A stretch of DNA of 62,688 bases, filler included, from 6 parts of 6 records of this genome joined end to end with filler, not necessarily neighbours in it, one strand, 5' to 3'. Positions 1 through 11,111 are shown, counted from the first letter of the whole stretch. A program made the numbers and translations. Notes: generated from the letters alone by a model not told the origin.

Positions 1-882
1 ATCGCCATGGTGTTCCAGTCCTACGCGCTGTATCCCACCATGTCGGTGCGCGAGAACATTGCCTTTGGCCTGAAAATCCGCGGTATGCCGAAAGACGAGA
101 TCCAGCAGGAGGTAGAGCGGGTGGCTGATTTGCTGCAGATTTCCGCATTGCTGGACAAGAAACCGGCCCGACTTTCAGGCGGTCAGCAACAGCGAGTCGC
201 CATGGGGCGCGCCCTGGCTCGCAGGCCGAAGATCTATCTGTTCGACGAGCCGCTGTCCAACCTGGACGCCAAGCTGCGGGTGGAAATGCGCACCGAAATC
301 AAGAAGCTGCACCAGCGCCTGAAAACCACCATTGTGTACGTGACCCACGACCAGATCGAAGCCATGACGCTGGCGGACCGGATCGCGGTGCTCAAAGACG
401 GCGAACTGCAGCAACTGGGCACGCCGAAGGAAGTGTACGACACGCCGGAGAACCTGTTTGTGGCGGGCTTTATGGGCTCGCCGTCCATGAGTTTTATCAA
501 TGTGACGGTAGAGCAGTCTGGATCAGGCCTGGTGGTCAACGTTGAGGGCAGCGATGGCCGGAAACTTGCCCTGCCAGTGCCGGATTACCTGCAGGGCTGG
601 GCCGGTAAACAGGTGGTACTCGGCATCCGGCCGGAGCACATAAGCCAGCCAGATGAACAGAAAAGGGATAGCCAGATGGTGGCCGAGAGCCGGTTTACGG
701 TGGAGGTGACTGAACCCACCGGGCCGGACATCCTCGCCGTGATTCGCCTCAACAATGTTGATGTGCAGTGCCGGCTGGATGCGGAACACCCGGTGAACTG
801 GGGGGAAGAGGCGGAACTGATGTTCGACATGAGAAAGGTCGTGTTCTTCGACCCGGACAGCGAGAAGCGCATCCGCCCATAG
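1..882 (+). CDS. Sugar ABC transporter ATP-binding subunit (MalK/UgpC family), 5'-truncated
   Basis: Q-loop [10 protein letters not shown], signature LSGGQQQR, Walker [17 protein letters not shown]-loop YVTHDQ, C-terminal TOBE-like region; Walker A lies before the window edge. Confidence 0.92.
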   Translation: MAMVFQSYALYPTMSVRENIAFGLKIRGMPKDEIQQEVERVADLLQISALLDKKPARLSGGQQQRVAMGRALARRPKIYLFDEPLSNLDAKLRVEMRTEIKKLHQRLKTTIVYVTHDQIEAMTLADRIAVLKDGELQQLGTPKEVYDTPENLFVAGFMGSPSMSFINVTVEQSGSGLVVNVEGSDGRKLALPVPDYLQGWAGKQVVLGIRPEHISQPDEQKRDSQMVAESRFTVEVTEPTGPDILAVIRLNNVDVQCRLDAEHPVNWGEEAELMFDMRKVVFFDPDSEKRIRP

Positions 883-904
883 TCGCGCCAGCCCCTCTCC
901 GTTT

Positions 905-2437
905 TCAGAGTTGCTCCAGGTGTGCCAGCAAGTTGTCGGCACGCTGGAGCAGCGCCTCCCGCCTTTCTGGTTTCTGCTTGTCCCAGTTACGGTACATCAT
1001 GCCCATGCGCGGATTGCTGGCAAAGTCGTCCCGATGGCGATTGATGAAATGCCAATAGAGCGCATTGAACGGGCAGGCGTCGTCTTCCGTGGCCTTGTTG
1101 ACCTTGTAGTGGCAGTTGCTGCAATGGTCCGACATGCGCTGGATGTATTTGCCGCTGGCGGCATAGGGTTTTGATCCCAGATAGCCACCGTCTGCGTGCA
1201 TCACCATGCCCAGCACGTTGGGTAGCTCCACCCAGTCGTAGGCATCGGCATACACGGCCAGGTACCAGTCACAGATCTCCTCCGGCTTGACGCCGGCCAG
1301 CAGCGCAAAATTACCGGTCACCATCAGCCGCTGGATATGGTGTGCATAGGCGTTGCGACGGGTGGCATCAATGGCCTTGTGCATGCAGCGCATCCTGGTG
1401 TCCCCGGTCCAGTAGAACCAGGGTAGGGAACGGGTATTACCGAGCCGGTTTTCCTGTGCGTATCCTGGCATATGCAACCAGTAGATACCCCGCACAAACT
1501 CACGCCAGCCCAGGATCTGGCGGATAAAGCCCTCCACTGCGTTAATCGGCGCACGCCCCGAATACCAGGCCTGTGCGGCGGCCTCGCAGACGGCGAGTGG
1601 GTCCAGCAAGCCGCAATTGATGTAGGGCGACAGGATGGAGTGGAACAGCCAGTCTTCATTGTCGGACATGGCATCCTGAAAGTTGCCGAAACAGGGCAGG
1701 GCGAAATCGATGAAGTACTCCAATGCCTGCTCTGCGTCCTCGTGGGTGACGGCAAAGTGAAAATCCTCCGTGGTGCCGAAGTGTTCGGTAAAGTGTTGCT
1801 CTACCAGCTCAATCACCTCCCGAGTCACCTTGTCGGGCTCAACGCGGTAGGGAGCCGGAGCCGCCGGTTTTCCCGTCCACTTGCGGCGGTTGTCGGCGTC
1901 GAAATTCCATTCGCCGCCCTCAGGCTTGCCATCTGGCGTCATCAACAAACCGGTTTTTCGTCGCATTTCCCGGTAGAAGAATTCCATGCGCAGCTGTTTA
2001 CGCCCCTCTGCCCAGTCCGAAAACGCCTGCTTGCTGGCGATAAAACGCGTATCCGGACGGATCTCGACCGGCACGCCCAGGCGCTCATGCCAATGGCTAA
2101 CTTGCTCGTGCAATCGCCACTCGCCGCACTCTGTCGTGATCACCCTGTCAGCGCCGGTTTCTTTGAGCTGATTGGCGATGACAGACTCGAGATTTCGGGT
2201 TTCGTTATCGGGGTGGTACGTCTGGTAGTGAACCTGCCAGCCGTCACCCTCCAGCCGCTGTGCGAAATGGCGCATGGCGCTGAACAGCAGAACCAGTTTC
2301 TTCTTGTGGTGATTGGTGTAGCTGGCCTCGTCGTGGACCTCTGCCATCACGATTCTGTCTCGTTTCCTGTCAGCGTTGTCGAGTGCGCTGATGGCGGTGG
2401 TCAGCTGGTCGCCGAGTATCAGAATCAGATTGGACAT
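905..2437 (-). CDS. Bacterial FeS cryptochrome/(6-4) photolyase (PhrB/CryB-like)
   Basis: N-terminal LILGDQL, HHKKKL, YAHHIQRLM, KPYAASGKYI and C-terminal Cys cluster (C..C.Y...ACP); start set at MSNLIL. Confidence 0.9.
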   Translation of the reverse strand: MSNLILILGDQLTTAISALDNADRKRDRIVMAEVHDEASYTNHHKKKLVLLFSAMRHFAQRLEGDGWQVHYQTYHPDNETRNLESVIANQLKETGADRVITTECGEWRLHEQVSHWHERLGVPVEIRPDTRFIASKQAFSDWAEGRKQLRMEFFYREMRRKTGLLMTPDGKPEGGEWNFDADNRRKWTGKPAAPAPYRVEPDKVTREVIELVEQHFTEHFGTTEDFHFAVTHEDAEQALEYFIDFALPCFGNFQDAMSDNEDWLFHSILSPYINCGLLDPLAVCEAAAQAWYSGRAPINAVEGFIRQILGWREFVRGIYWLHMPGYAQENRLGNTRSLPWFYWTGDTRMRCMHKAIDATRRNAYAHHIQRLMVTGNFALLAGVKPEEICDWYLAVYADAYDWVELPNVLGMVMHADGGYLGSKPYAASGKYIQRMSDHCSNCHYKVNKATEDDACPFNALYWHFINRHRDDFASNPRMGMMYRNWDKQKPERREALLQRADNLLAHLEQL

Positions 2438-2537
2438 AGCGGGAAACGACCTCCGTACCTGGGGTGGCAATCACCCATGATCGCCACGATGTGGTACGAA
2501 GGATACGCCAGCGGCGCAAGGCTGGTTCAGCTGGAAG

Positions 2538-3530
2538 CTAGCCGCCGGTCATATTCATAAACCGAAGAATCTGAACGTCACCCTCGCTGGAAAAGTGATG
2601 GCGCTCCGGTTTCAGGTCCATGGCGTTGATGATGGTTTCACGGAGTTTGTCATCGGTTTCCGGGTGGCCGCGCAGCACGCGGCGCAGATCAACGGAATGC
2701 TCATTGCCCAGGCATAGCAGCAGGCGGCCTTCCACCGTGACCCGAACGCGGTTGCAGGTGGAGCAGAAATTGTGGGAATGGGGCGAGATGAAACCGACCC
2801 GAACGTCGCTGTCCGGCATGCGGTAGTAGCGGGCGGGGCCGCCGGAATCTTCCGGTGTGGGAACAAGCTCATGGCGCTGGCTGATGATATCGCGCACTTC
2901 GTCGCTGGTGCACAGCACCTGACCGCGATCATGATCGGAAATTTCACCCAGTGGCATTTCCTCAATGAAGGTAATATCCACCTTCTTTTTACGGGCAAAC
3001 TCAACCAGCTCTGGTACTTCCTGGTCGTTGCCACCTTTCATGACAACGGTATTGAGTTTGATGCCCTCAAACCCCGCCTCTTTTGCGGCGTCTATACCAT
3101 CAAGAACCTGGGCAAGCCGGCCAGTGCGGGTGATGCGGCTGAACTTCTCGGCATCCAGGGAATCCAGGCTGATATTCAATCGTTTGAGCCCAGCCTTGCG
3201 CAGTGGCTCTGCCATGGTGGGCAACTGGCTGCCATTGGTGGTCATGGCGAAGTCCCGCAGGCCAAATGTGCCGATTTCCTTGACCAGTTCCAGAATGCCC
3301 CGTCTGACAAGCGGCTCTCCCCCGGTCAACCGAATCTTTTCGGTGCCCAGGGATACGAAGGTCTTTGCCACCTGGGCAATCTCTTCAAGTGTCAGCACCT
3401 GCTGCCGTGGCAGGAAGGTCATCTCCTCGGCCATGCAGTACACGCACCGGAAATCGCAGCGGTCTGTGACGGACAGACGCACATAGTTGACGGTGCGACC
3501 AAAACGGTCTGTCAGCGTGGCGTTGGGCAT
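2538..3530 (-). CDS. moaA: GTP 3',8-cyclase (molybdenum cofactor biosynthesis)
   Basis: Radical [12 protein letters not shown]-terminal FCSTCNR...LCL cluster, terminal MNMTGG. Confidence 0.95.
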   Translation of the reverse strand: MPNATLTDRFGRTVNYVRLSVTDRCDFRCVYCMAEEMTFLPRQQVLTLEEIAQVAKTFVSLGTEKIRLTGGEPLVRRGILELVKEIGTFGLRDFAMTTNGSQLPTMAEPLRKAGLKRLNISLDSLDAEKFSRITRTGRLAQVLDGIDAAKEAGFEGIKLNTVVMKGGNDQEVPELVEFARKKKVDITFIEEMPLGEISDHDRGQVLCTSDEVRDIISQRHELVPTPEDSGGPARYYRMPDSDVRVGFISPHSHNFCSTCNRVRVTVEGRLLLCLGNEHSVDLRRVLRGHPETDDKLRETIINAMDLKPERHHFSSEGDVQILRFMNMTGG

Positions 3531-3715
3531 GGGTAAATTCCCCGTCTGGCTTTGTATACAACAAGCATAACCAATGTGTGGCGAATAACCCAACCCAATA
3601 TCGACAAAAGAACCATTCGGGCGTAAGAACCGGTTTCATGAATTCTGCGTATACAAGTATCGGTTTGGCCACTTTCGGTGTGAACCTGATATCGATGACT
3701 TGTTGGAGTTGATGA

Positions 3716-4153
3716 ATGCATATCACCCGTTACACCGATTACTCCCTGCGTGTTCTGATTTACCTGGCGGTGCAGGGTGATGAGCTGGCGACCATTCAGC
3801 AGATCGCCGACAGCTATGAGATCTCCAAGAATCACCTGATGAAAGTCGTTCATCAACTCAACAAGAAGGGCTACATCGAAACCGTTCGTGGCAAGAAAGG
3901 AGGGATGCGCCTGCACATGGCGCCGGAGGACATTAACGTTGGCATCCTGGTCAGGGAAACCGAACAGGATCTCAGTGTTGTGGAGTGCTTTTCCTCCAGG
4001 AATGCCTGCCGCATCACGCCGGTCTGTGGGTTGAAATCAATGTTCGGCGAGGCCTTGGCGGCATTCCTGGAAGTGCTGGACCGATACACGCTGGCCGATA
4101 TTATTAACGACCAGCATCGCCCTCAGTTATTACGACTTTTGCAGATCGCTTAA
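3716..4153 (+). CDS. nsrR: Rrf2-family NO-sensing regulator, NsrR-like
   Basis: TRYTDYSLRVLIYL start, SKNHLMKVV, RGKKGG, three Cys ligands (ECF..NAC.ITPVC). Confidence 0.8.
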   Translation: MHITRYTDYSLRVLIYLAVQGDELATIQQIADSYEISKNHLMKVVHQLNKKGYIETVRGKKGGMRLHMAPEDINVGILVRETEQDLSVVECFSSRNACRITPVCGLKSMFGEALAAFLEVLDRYTLADIINDQHRPQLLRLLQIA

Positions 4154-5244
4154 CTCAAGGCCCGGTTGCTGAATTCCGGTAGCAGCCGGTTGCGCATCCG
4201 GTCCGGCAGTGAATAGCCGAAAATGCGTTTCAGCACGGTTGAATACTGTTTGGCGAAGGTGCCGGTGTTGTACGGAATACCGTGCTTTTTACACACCGCT
4301 TGAACTTTCTCCGACATTTCGGGGTAGCGGTGGGCTGGCAGGTCCGGGAACACATGGTGTTCAATCTGGTAGCTCAGATGGCCGCTCAGCAGGTGCACCC
4401 ACTTACCGCCGGTAAAGTTGCTGGAGCCTGTCAGTTGGCGCAGATACCAGTGGCCCTTGCTCTCACCTTCGCATTCCTCCTCGGTAAACGTCTCCGCATC
4501 CTGGGTAAAGTGGCCACAGAAAATGACCGTGGACGACCACAGGTTACGGATCAGGTTGGCGCCAATGTTGCCCGCCAGTACCACAGGAGCCACCGGAAAG
4601 GTGATCAGCGGGAAGAACACATAGTCCTTGAAGGCCTGACGGCCGCCCTTGCGGAAGAAGTCCTTCAGGAACGGAATCTTTTCCCGTACCGAGATTTCCC
4701 GGCGGCGGATCCGTTCAGACTCCAGCTCATGCAACCCAACGCCCCACTGGAAGAACACGCTCAGCAGGATATAGTTGATGAACTGCAAGCTATGGGCCGG
4801 CTTCCATTTGTCGTCGTCGCTCAGGCGCAGCAGGGCATAGCCATAGTCCCGGTCCTTGCCGATGATATTGGTGTAGGTGTGGTGCTCGTAGTTGTGGGTG
4901 CGGCGCCAGGAATCGCCAGTGCACACCGTATCCCATTCATAGGTCTGGGAGTGCAGCGATGGGTCGTTCATCCAGTCGTACTGGCCGTGCATGACGTTGT
5001 GGCCGATCTCCATGTTTTCGATAATCTTGGAGATACCCAGCGCCGTGGTGGCGGCGAGGAACACGGGCGGGATAAACCCGAAGGGCATCAGCACCCGGCC
5101 GCCGATTTCCAGGGATCGGTGGAGCCGAACGATCCTGCGGATGTAACGTGCATCCCGTTCGCCAAGATCGGAAATCACCTGGTCACGAATGGCGTCCAGG
5201 TCGTTTTCAAGCTCTTTCAGTTGTGTTTCGTTCATCGTCTTCAT
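4150..5244 (-). CDS. Membrane acyl-CoA/fatty acid desaturase (DesB/DesA3-like)
   Basis: His boxes HNVMH, HNYEHH, QIEHH. Confidence 0.9.
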   Translation of the reverse strand: MKTMNETQLKELENDLDAIRDQVISDLGERDARYIRRIVRLHRSLEIGGRVLMPFGFIPPVFLAATTALGISKIIENMEIGHNVMHGQYDWMNDPSLHSQTYEWDTVCTGDSWRRTHNYEHHTYTNIIGKDRDYGYALLRLSDDDKWKPAHSLQFINYILLSVFFQWGVGLHELESERIRRREISVREKIPFLKDFFRKGGRQAFKDYVFFPLITFPVAPVVLAGNIGANLIRNLWSSTVIFCGHFTQDAETFTEEECEGESKGHWYLRQLTGSSNFTGGKWVHLLSGHLSYQIEHHVFPDLPAHRYPEMSEKVQAVCKKHGIPYNTGTFAKQYSTVLKRIFGYSLPDRMRNRLLPEFSNRALS

Positions 5245-5312
5245 GGTGACTCCTTGCAGAATGGTCGAACCATGTCTGCCAATAATGGGTTCAGGCGTTG
5301 TGGTGCGGCCGG

Positions 5313-6416
5313 TCAGAGTTCAACAGACACCGGCCCGCTCGGAACAGACACACAAAGCTGAATGGTTTCCTCGCCCGGGCCGGAGGCTTTCCCGGTCAGG
5401 CGGTTGATCACAGTGCCGCTGGTCTTGCGGCAACTGCACTGGTGACAGATGCCCATGCGGCAGCCGTAGCGTGGCGACAGTTTCGCGGCCTCGGCAATGT
5501 CCAGCAGCACCGCATCGCCTTCGGACGAGACATCCAGGTTGCTGCGTTGGAAATGCACCGCTCCTCCGAGGGACTCGGTGTCGAGATTTGCGGTCGGCGC
5601 GGAGAAGAAGGTGCTGTGAATGCGGTCTTCGCCAATCCCCCGCCGATACAGGAGATCGTTGGCCAGATCCATGAGCCCTTTCGGCCCGCAGAGGTAGCAC
5701 CGCCGGGCCGCAATGCCGGGAACCTCATCCAGATGTTGCTCGCTGAGGAACTGGGGCGGGTGGGTGTCGCTGGTGGCAAACACCTTCAGGGTGAAGGCCG
5801 GCCAGCGACTGGCCAGCGCGTGCAGCTTTTCCGCAGCAATCACATCGGCCTGGGTGCGCACGAAATACAGCAGGGTCACCGGCGCCCGATAGTCTGATGC
5901 CGCCATGGTTTCCAGTTGGCTCAGCACTGGGGTGATGCCGCTGCCACCGACGATGTATAGGGCTGGCTCCTGCGGATCGGGAATCTGGAAGTCGCCGAAC
6001 GCCTCGCCCAGCCCGATGACCGCGCCTGGCTCCAGGTGGTCGTGCATCCAGTTGGTCACCAGGCCACCGGGAAGCCGTTTGATGGTCAGGGTGACGGTGC
6101 CGTCTGCGCGCCATTGAATGGGCGAACTGGACAGGCTGAAGGTTCGGTTGCGACGCACGCCGTCAACATCGATGCCAATATTGACGTGCTGGCCGGCGGC
6201 AAAGCCTTTCCAGCGCCCGGCCGGCGCCAGGACAAAGGTTTTGGTGTCGGCGGTTTCGTTGTAGATGGCCTTCACCCTGGCCGGCGTGTATTGCCGTACC
6301 CACATGGGGTTGATGCGCTCCAGCAGGGGATCAAAAAAGGCAGCCGGGTCGTCCCGGTTAAAAAGCTGCCTGCCCAGCCAGTGCAGGGTCGGTGACTTTT
6401 CCAGTACAGATATCAT
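5313..6416 (-). CDS. Desaturase partner oxidoreductase (FAD/NAD-binding plus 2Fe-2S ferredoxin; DesC-like)
   Basis: RTFSLSS, GGSGITP, YLCGP, CRMGICHQC...C; RBS AGGAG before ATG at 6416. Confidence 0.88.
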   Translation of the reverse strand: MISVLEKSPTLHWLGRQLFNRDDPAAFFDPLLERINPMWVRQYTPARVKAIYNETADTKTFVLAPAGRWKGFAAGQHVNIGIDVDGVRRNRTFSLSSSPIQWRADGTVTLTIKRLPGGLVTNWMHDHLEPGAVIGLGEAFGDFQIPDPQEPALYIVGGSGITPVLSQLETMAASDYRAPVTLLYFVRTQADVIAAEKLHALASRWPAFTLKVFATSDTHPPQFLSEQHLDEVPGIAARRCYLCGPKGLMDLANDLLYRRGIGEDRIHSTFFSAPTANLDTESLGGAVHFQRSNLDVSSEGDAVLLDIAEAAKLSPRYGCRMGICHQCSCRKTSGTVINRLTGKASGPGEETIQLCVSVPSGPVSVEL

Positions 6417-6438
6417 GATTGCTCTCCTTTGTACTGAT

Positions 6439-6567
6439 GTGTACAAGTGTTCACTAATGTGTACGACTGTACACACCGAAGTGTTAGGCGGCAATCAAGC
6501 CACTAACATTGTCCTATAATGACAAGTTTGGGTTATTTTTAGTGTGGGCCTGTGTACACTTGTTGGC
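6439..6567. promoter_or_regulatory. Three FabR/DesT-type operator palindromes in the divergent promoter
   Basis: GTGTACAAGTGTTCAC (6439-6454), GTGTACGACTGTACAC (6459-6474), GTGTACACTTGTTGGC (6552-6567). Confidence 0.65.
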
Positions 6568-6598
6568 TTGTGATCAACCGATGAGCTAGTTCCAGGCG

Positions 6599-7225
6599 AT
6601 GGCAGAAAAACAACGACGTAAGCCGGGTGAAACCCGCGAGAAACTGATGAACGCCGCATTGGCCTTGGTGGGAAAGGGGCGGCACTTTGCCAGCCTGGGC
6701 ATCCGCGAAGTCACCCGACAGGCAGGCGTGGTGCCGACGTCTTTTTACCGGCACTTCCGCAACATGGATGACCTTGGGCTGCAGTTGGTGGACGAATTGG
6801 GGCTGGTGCTTCGACGGATGATGCGCGAGGCGCGGGCGAACGTATTGCAGGCGGACAAACTGATCGACGAATCAGTTGGTATTTTTATCTCCCATGCCCG
6901 CAATAATCGCAGCTTTTTCATGTTTATGGCCCAGGGGCTGGCGGGGGAGAGCCGGGCGGTACAGGAAGGCATCCGCAGCGAAATGCGTTATTTTGCCAGC
7001 GAACTGGCCAATGATCTTCGGCGTCTGAAAGTGGCGGATCACCTGAGCGATGCCGATCTGGATATGACCTGCGACCTGGTGGTGCGCAGTGTGGCTTTCA
7101 GCCTGACGGACATCCTGGGGATCTCTCCCGACGACGACTATCAGGAAGAACAGGTGCGGCAGCGAACCGCACGCTTTCTACAGCTGATATTTGTGGGCGC
7201 AGCCAACTGGAAGAGTCGCCCATGA
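6599..7225 (+). CDS. TetR-family regulator FabR/DesT
   Basis: HTH LGIREVTRQAGVVPTSFYRHF typical of FabR/DesT; divergent from the desaturase operon. Confidence 0.85.
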   Translation: MAEKQRRKPGETREKLMNAALALVGKGRHFASLGIREVTRQAGVVPTSFYRHFRNMDDLGLQLVDELGLVLRRMMREARANVLQADKLIDESVGIFISHARNNRSFFMFMAQGLAGESRAVQEGIRSEMRYFASELANDLRRLKVADHLSDADLDMTCDLVVRSVAFSLTDILGISPDDDYQEEQVRQRTARFLQLIFVGAANWKSRP

Positions 7226-7235
7226 AGGTCAACTC

Positions 7236-8006
7236 TTATTCCCGGAAACTGGCGTCGATGCGGTCGAGCTTGCGAAGCAGGCCCGGCCAGGCCAGCTTGC
7301 CGCCCAGGCCTTTGGTCACCTGATCCGCCTGTTGCCGGATGGTATCCACAATGCCGGCAGGAATTGGCGTCAGTGGGCGATCGCCCGACAGTGCCCTGAT
7401 CTGAATCTGACAGGACGTTTGCAGTATGTACATGGCCAGGAAGGCATCGGGAATACTGGAGCCGGTGGTCAGCAGGCCGTGGTTGCGAAGAATCATGAAA
7501 TTGGTATTACCGAGATCCTTTTGCAGGCGGGCCTTCTCGTCTTCCCTTAGCGCCACACCTTCATAGTCGTGATACGACAGGCTCGCCAGTGCAAACAGGC
7601 TCTGCTGGGATAGCGGCAGCAGGCCCTCCTGTTGGGCGGATACAGCAATACCGTCGGTGGTGTGCAAATGCATGACGCAGGCGGCATCGTCCCTGACCTG
7701 GTGGATGGCGCTATGGATGGTAAAACCCGCGGGATTGATATCGAAGTCGTCGGGGTTGATCTTGTTGGCGTCCTGATCCACTCGCACCAGGCTGGAGGCT
7801 GTAATTTCCTCGAACATCATACCGTATGGATTAATAAGAAAGTGGTGCTCGTCACCGGGTATCCGTGCGGAGATATGGGTGAATACCAGATCGTCCCAGC
7901 CGTACAGGGCGACCAGACGATAGGCCGCGGCGAGATCGACCCGGAGTTGCCATTCTTCCTTGCTGACCTGATCTCTTTTTGACGGAATTGAAAGTTGTTC
8001 GGACAT
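7236..8006 (-). CDS. Class II aldolase/adducin family protein
   Basis: DLVFTHISAR, AGFTIHSAIH, HLHT, LRNHG. Confidence 0.9.
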   Translation of the reverse strand: MSEQLSIPSKRDQVSKEEWQLRVDLAAAYRLVALYGWDDLVFTHISARIPGDEHHFLINPYGMMFEEITASSLVRVDQDANKINPDDFDINPAGFTIHSAIHQVRDDAACVMHLHTTDGIAVSAQQEGLLPLSQQSLFALASLSYHDYEGVALREDEKARLQKDLGNTNFMILRNHGLLTTGSSIPDAFLAMYILQTSCQIQIRALSGDRPLTPIPAGIVDTIRQQADQVTKGLGGKLAWPGLLRKLDRIDASFRE

Positions 8007-8035
8007 GGCATTGGCTCCCGTTCTCAGGTGTTGCG

Positions 8036-9487
8036 CTACTTTTTGTTGGAGGCGGCGACCTTTCTGCGGACGGATTTTTGAGTGGCGGTATCAGGCGGGA
8101 GAACCAGCATTTCCAGTTCATCCAACGCCTCACCGGTGTAGACCGCCAGCTTCTGCATACTGGGCAAGGTATCGCGGCAGCCCGTGAAACCGAAGTTGAG
8201 CGAGCCGGCGTAGCTCAGGCAAGTAATGTTGAGCGCACCGCCGTGGGCAATAAGCGAAACCGGGTACATGGCTTCCAGTCGTGCTCCTTCATAGTAAAGG
8301 GTTTCCCCTGGCCCTGGCACATTGGAAATTGTCACGTTGAACACCGGGCGCATTCGCCCGCCCAGGCCTGACATCAACTGCAGGATGTAGGGCGACATCA
8401 GCAGCATGGTGTATTGGGTCAGGGCTTTACGCGGCAGTTTCTGAAGGTGTTGTTTGGCCCTGCGGGTAGAGTGTTTGATGTTCTTCAGCCGCTCGAGGGG
8501 GTCGGCTTCGTCGGTCGCCAGTGAGGCAATCATGAAGCTGATCTGGGTACCCGTGCCCTGGTCGTCGGAGGGGCGGATATTCACCGGAATTCCGGCGGTG
8601 AGTGGCGTATCCGGCAAACCATCCTGTTCAACAAGAAAGCGGCGCAGGGCAGTGCCACAGAGGTAGAGCACAATGTCGTTCAGGGAACCGTTGGACGCCT
8701 GGGCGACCTTTTTGATCCGCTCGAGCTGGTAGTGCTGGGTGGCAAACCGCCGCTGGCCGGTGACCCGGTGATTGAGGGCGGAAACCGGGCCGGCAAAGGG
8801 CGCGGTCAGCCCCTCTTCCGGGTGCCGTGCGGACTGGATCAGGCGGTTCATCGCATTCCAGAGCCTCGGTGCCATGTCGGCCTGAATTCTCAGGGCTTCC
8901 ATGGCCTGGGACAGGGCGGCTGAAATGCTGGCTTCGGAATCTGTCTTGCTGCCCCGTGTCCGTTCCGGGCGTACCGACCATGGCGGCAGCATATTAATCT
9001 CACCGGGGTCCTTGCTGAGCACCCGCTGCATCAGCCGAACACCGCTGATGCCATCAATCATGGAGTGATGCATCTTGGTGTAGAGGGCAAAACGGTTGTT
9101 CTCCAGGCCCTCGATAATGTGGCATTCCCACAGCGGGCGGGAGAAATCCAGCGGGTTGGAATGCAGCCTGGATACCAGGATGCCAAGTTCCCGTTCACTG
9201 CCGGGGCGCGGCAACGCCGAGTGTCGAACGTGGTAGTCGAGATCCAGCTTCTTGTCGACCTTCCAGGACGGGGCGACCAGGCGGCCCAGGAACCCCGAAA
9301 AGGCGAGCTTGTAGCACCAGGGCGGCGCTACATCGGCATCGGCTTTCATGCGGGCGAGCATGTCTCTTAGAAACGTCTCCGGAGCATCTTCCGGTAGTGA
9401 AAAAATCTGCAGGTTGCCGACGTGCATCGGGGTGTCTTCCGATTCCACCGCCAACCAGGAAGCGTCCAGTGTGCCCAGGCGTTTCAT
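8036..9487 (-). CDS. Wax ester synthase/diacylglycerol acyltransferase (WS/DGAT)
   Basis: TPMHVG N-terminus, catalytic HHSMIDG, FNVTISNVPGP; RBS GAGG before ATG at 9487. Confidence 0.93.
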   Translation of the reverse strand: MKRLGTLDASWLAVESEDTPMHVGNLQIFSLPEDAPETFLRDMLARMKADADVAPPWCYKLAFSGFLGRLVAPSWKVDKKLDLDYHVRHSALPRPGSERELGILVSRLHSNPLDFSRPLWECHIIEGLENNRFALYTKMHHSMIDGISGVRLMQRVLSKDPGEINMLPPWSVRPERTRGSKTDSEASISAALSQAMEALRIQADMAPRLWNAMNRLIQSARHPEEGLTAPFAGPVSALNHRVTGQRRFATQHYQLERIKKVAQASNGSLNDIVLYLCGTALRRFLVEQDGLPDTPLTAGIPVNIRPSDDQGTGTQISFMIASLATDEADPLERLKNIKHSTRRAKQHLQKLPRKALTQYTMLLMSPYILQLMSGLGGRMRPVFNVTISNVPGPGETLYYEGARLEAMYPVSLIAHGGALNITCLSYAGSLNFGFTGCRDTLPSMQKLAVYTGEALDELEMLVLPPDTATQKSVRRKVAASNKK

Positions 9488-9754
9488 TGATCGTCCTCTT
9501 GCTTTATGAAGCTGCCAAACTGCACTGAATCTGATGCGTTTGGATTCGTATAGTTGTTGTTCGAAAGTATACGCAACAACCAGGACAATCACACGAACAA
9601 GCAGGTTGAAAGGTTCAGGTTTTTGCGCGCAATCCCATTCCTGTCCTTCCTGCAATTACATGTTGTTGCGAATCCACATTCACTCTTTTTCGGTGGCTTA
9701 TGCTATTTTCACTAGCTGGCTAATCTAATCACAACAACAATCCTTGGAGGCTTT

Positions 9755-10666
9755 GTGGAATCGAGTCCACTGATCTCTGCGGGGCTGCCGATTGCCCTGT
9801 TTATTATCATGATCGGTATAGGTATGACCCTGACGGTCAGGGACTTCCGCCAAGTGGCTGTGTATCCAAAAGGGATGGTGGTGGGTACCGTTGCCCAGAT
9901 ACTGCTCATGCCCATGGTGGCCTTTGCCATTGCCTCCATGCTCGACCTGTCATCGGCCATTGCCGTGGGGCTGGTGATCATTGCGGCCTGTCCGGGCGGC
10001 ACTACCTCCAACCTGTTCGTGTTGCTGTCCCGGGGGAACATTGCCCTGTCGATCGTGTTGACGGTCACGGCCAGCCTTATAACCATCGTGACTCTGCCGC
10101 TGTTCACCAACTATGCGCTTCAACTCTATGCCGGCACGGAGGAGTCCATCACGCTGCCGGTGGGAAGAACGGTAGGCATGCTGGTGGGGATTGTCCTGTT
10201 TCCTGTGGCGATTGGGATGATCTTCCGTACCCGGGCACCAGAGCTCTCACGCCGTGCTGAAAGCGCAGTCAGCGTGTTCGGGGGTGTGGTTCTGGCGTTG
10301 CTGGTTGTCGGTCTGATCTGGGGCGTGCGCGACCAGATCTGGGACCTGCTGCGACAGGCCGGCCCGGCAACCCTCCTGCTGAACATTGCCGGTATATTCC
10401 TGGGGCTCCTGGCGGGCCGCGCCGTGGGTCTGACCCAGCGCGAATCCATTGCAGTTGCTGTGGAGTTGGGCATTAAAAACAGCACCATTGCCCTGTTGGT
10501 AACGCTGACGCTGCTGGAGTCCAGCACCATGTCGATTCCCGCGGCGGTATACGGCGTGCTGATGTTCCCGATCGGATTCCTGCTGGCGGCCTATGGCCGG
10601 AAAGTGATTCCAGCGACTACCATCACGACCACCACCCCGCCGCGCACAGAGACCAAGGCCGGGTAG
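9755..10666 (+). CDS. Bile acid:sodium symporter family transporter
   Basis: ACPGGTTSN, ELGIKNS motifs, multiple TM helices. Confidence 0.88.
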   Translation: MESSPLISAGLPIALFIIMIGIGMTLTVRDFRQVAVYPKGMVVGTVAQILLMPMVAFAIASMLDLSSAIAVGLVIIAACPGGTTSNLFVLLSRGNIALSIVLTVTASLITIVTLPLFTNYALQLYAGTEESITLPVGRTVGMLVGIVLFPVAIGMIFRTRAPELSRRAESAVSVFGGVVLALLVVGLIWGVRDQIWDLLRQAGPATLLLNIAGIFLGLLAGRAVGLTQRESIAVAVELGIKNSTIALLVTLTLLESSTMSIPAAVYGVLMFPIGFLLAAYGRKVIPATTITTTTPPRTETKAG

Positions 10667-10730
10667 GCACGGCGCTGCTTAGTGGCTATGCTCCTGACTT
10701 GGGCCGTTTTTTCTGTCGGGAGCCGCCACC

Positions 10731-11111
10731 ATGAACTTTCTCAACGGAATAACCCTGCTGCTGGTGTATCAGTTGGTAGGGGAAGTCACTGTTCGTCTTC
10801 TCTCACTGCCGATTCCAGGGCCCGTGCTGGGTATGGTGATGTTGTTCCTGACGCTGATGATTCGGGGCGCCACGCCAGAGCCACTTGAGAACGCTTCCAG
10901 CGCATTGCTCAGCCATCTGTCGCTACTGTTCGTGCCGGCGGGTGTTGGCATGATGAGTCATTTTGGCCGGATTGCGGATGAGTGGCTGCCGATCACGCTG
11001 GCCCTGTTTCTCTCCACTATTATCACCATGGTCGCCACCGCCGGCATTATGCAGGTAACCTCGCGATGGTTTGCCCGACCCGAAAATGCGGGAGGGCAGC
11101 GGGATGAATGA
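10731..11111 (+). CDS. CidA/LrgA family membrane protein
   Basis: PIPGPVLGM and LLFVPAGVG motifs. Confidence 0.9.
   Translation: MNFLNGITLLLVYQLVGEVTVRLLSLPIPGPVLGMVMLFLTLMIRGATPEPLENASSALLSHLSLLFVPAGVGMMSHFGRIADEWLPITLALFLSTIITMVATAGIMQVTSRWFARPENAGGQRDE

Noticed and set aside
1472-2560. Long antisense ORFs (e.g. 1472-2560, 4282-5361, 16544-17521, 52478-53827, 54485-56158)
   Set aside because: They lie opposite well-supported genes in high-GC DNA and have no motifs; shadow ORFs.
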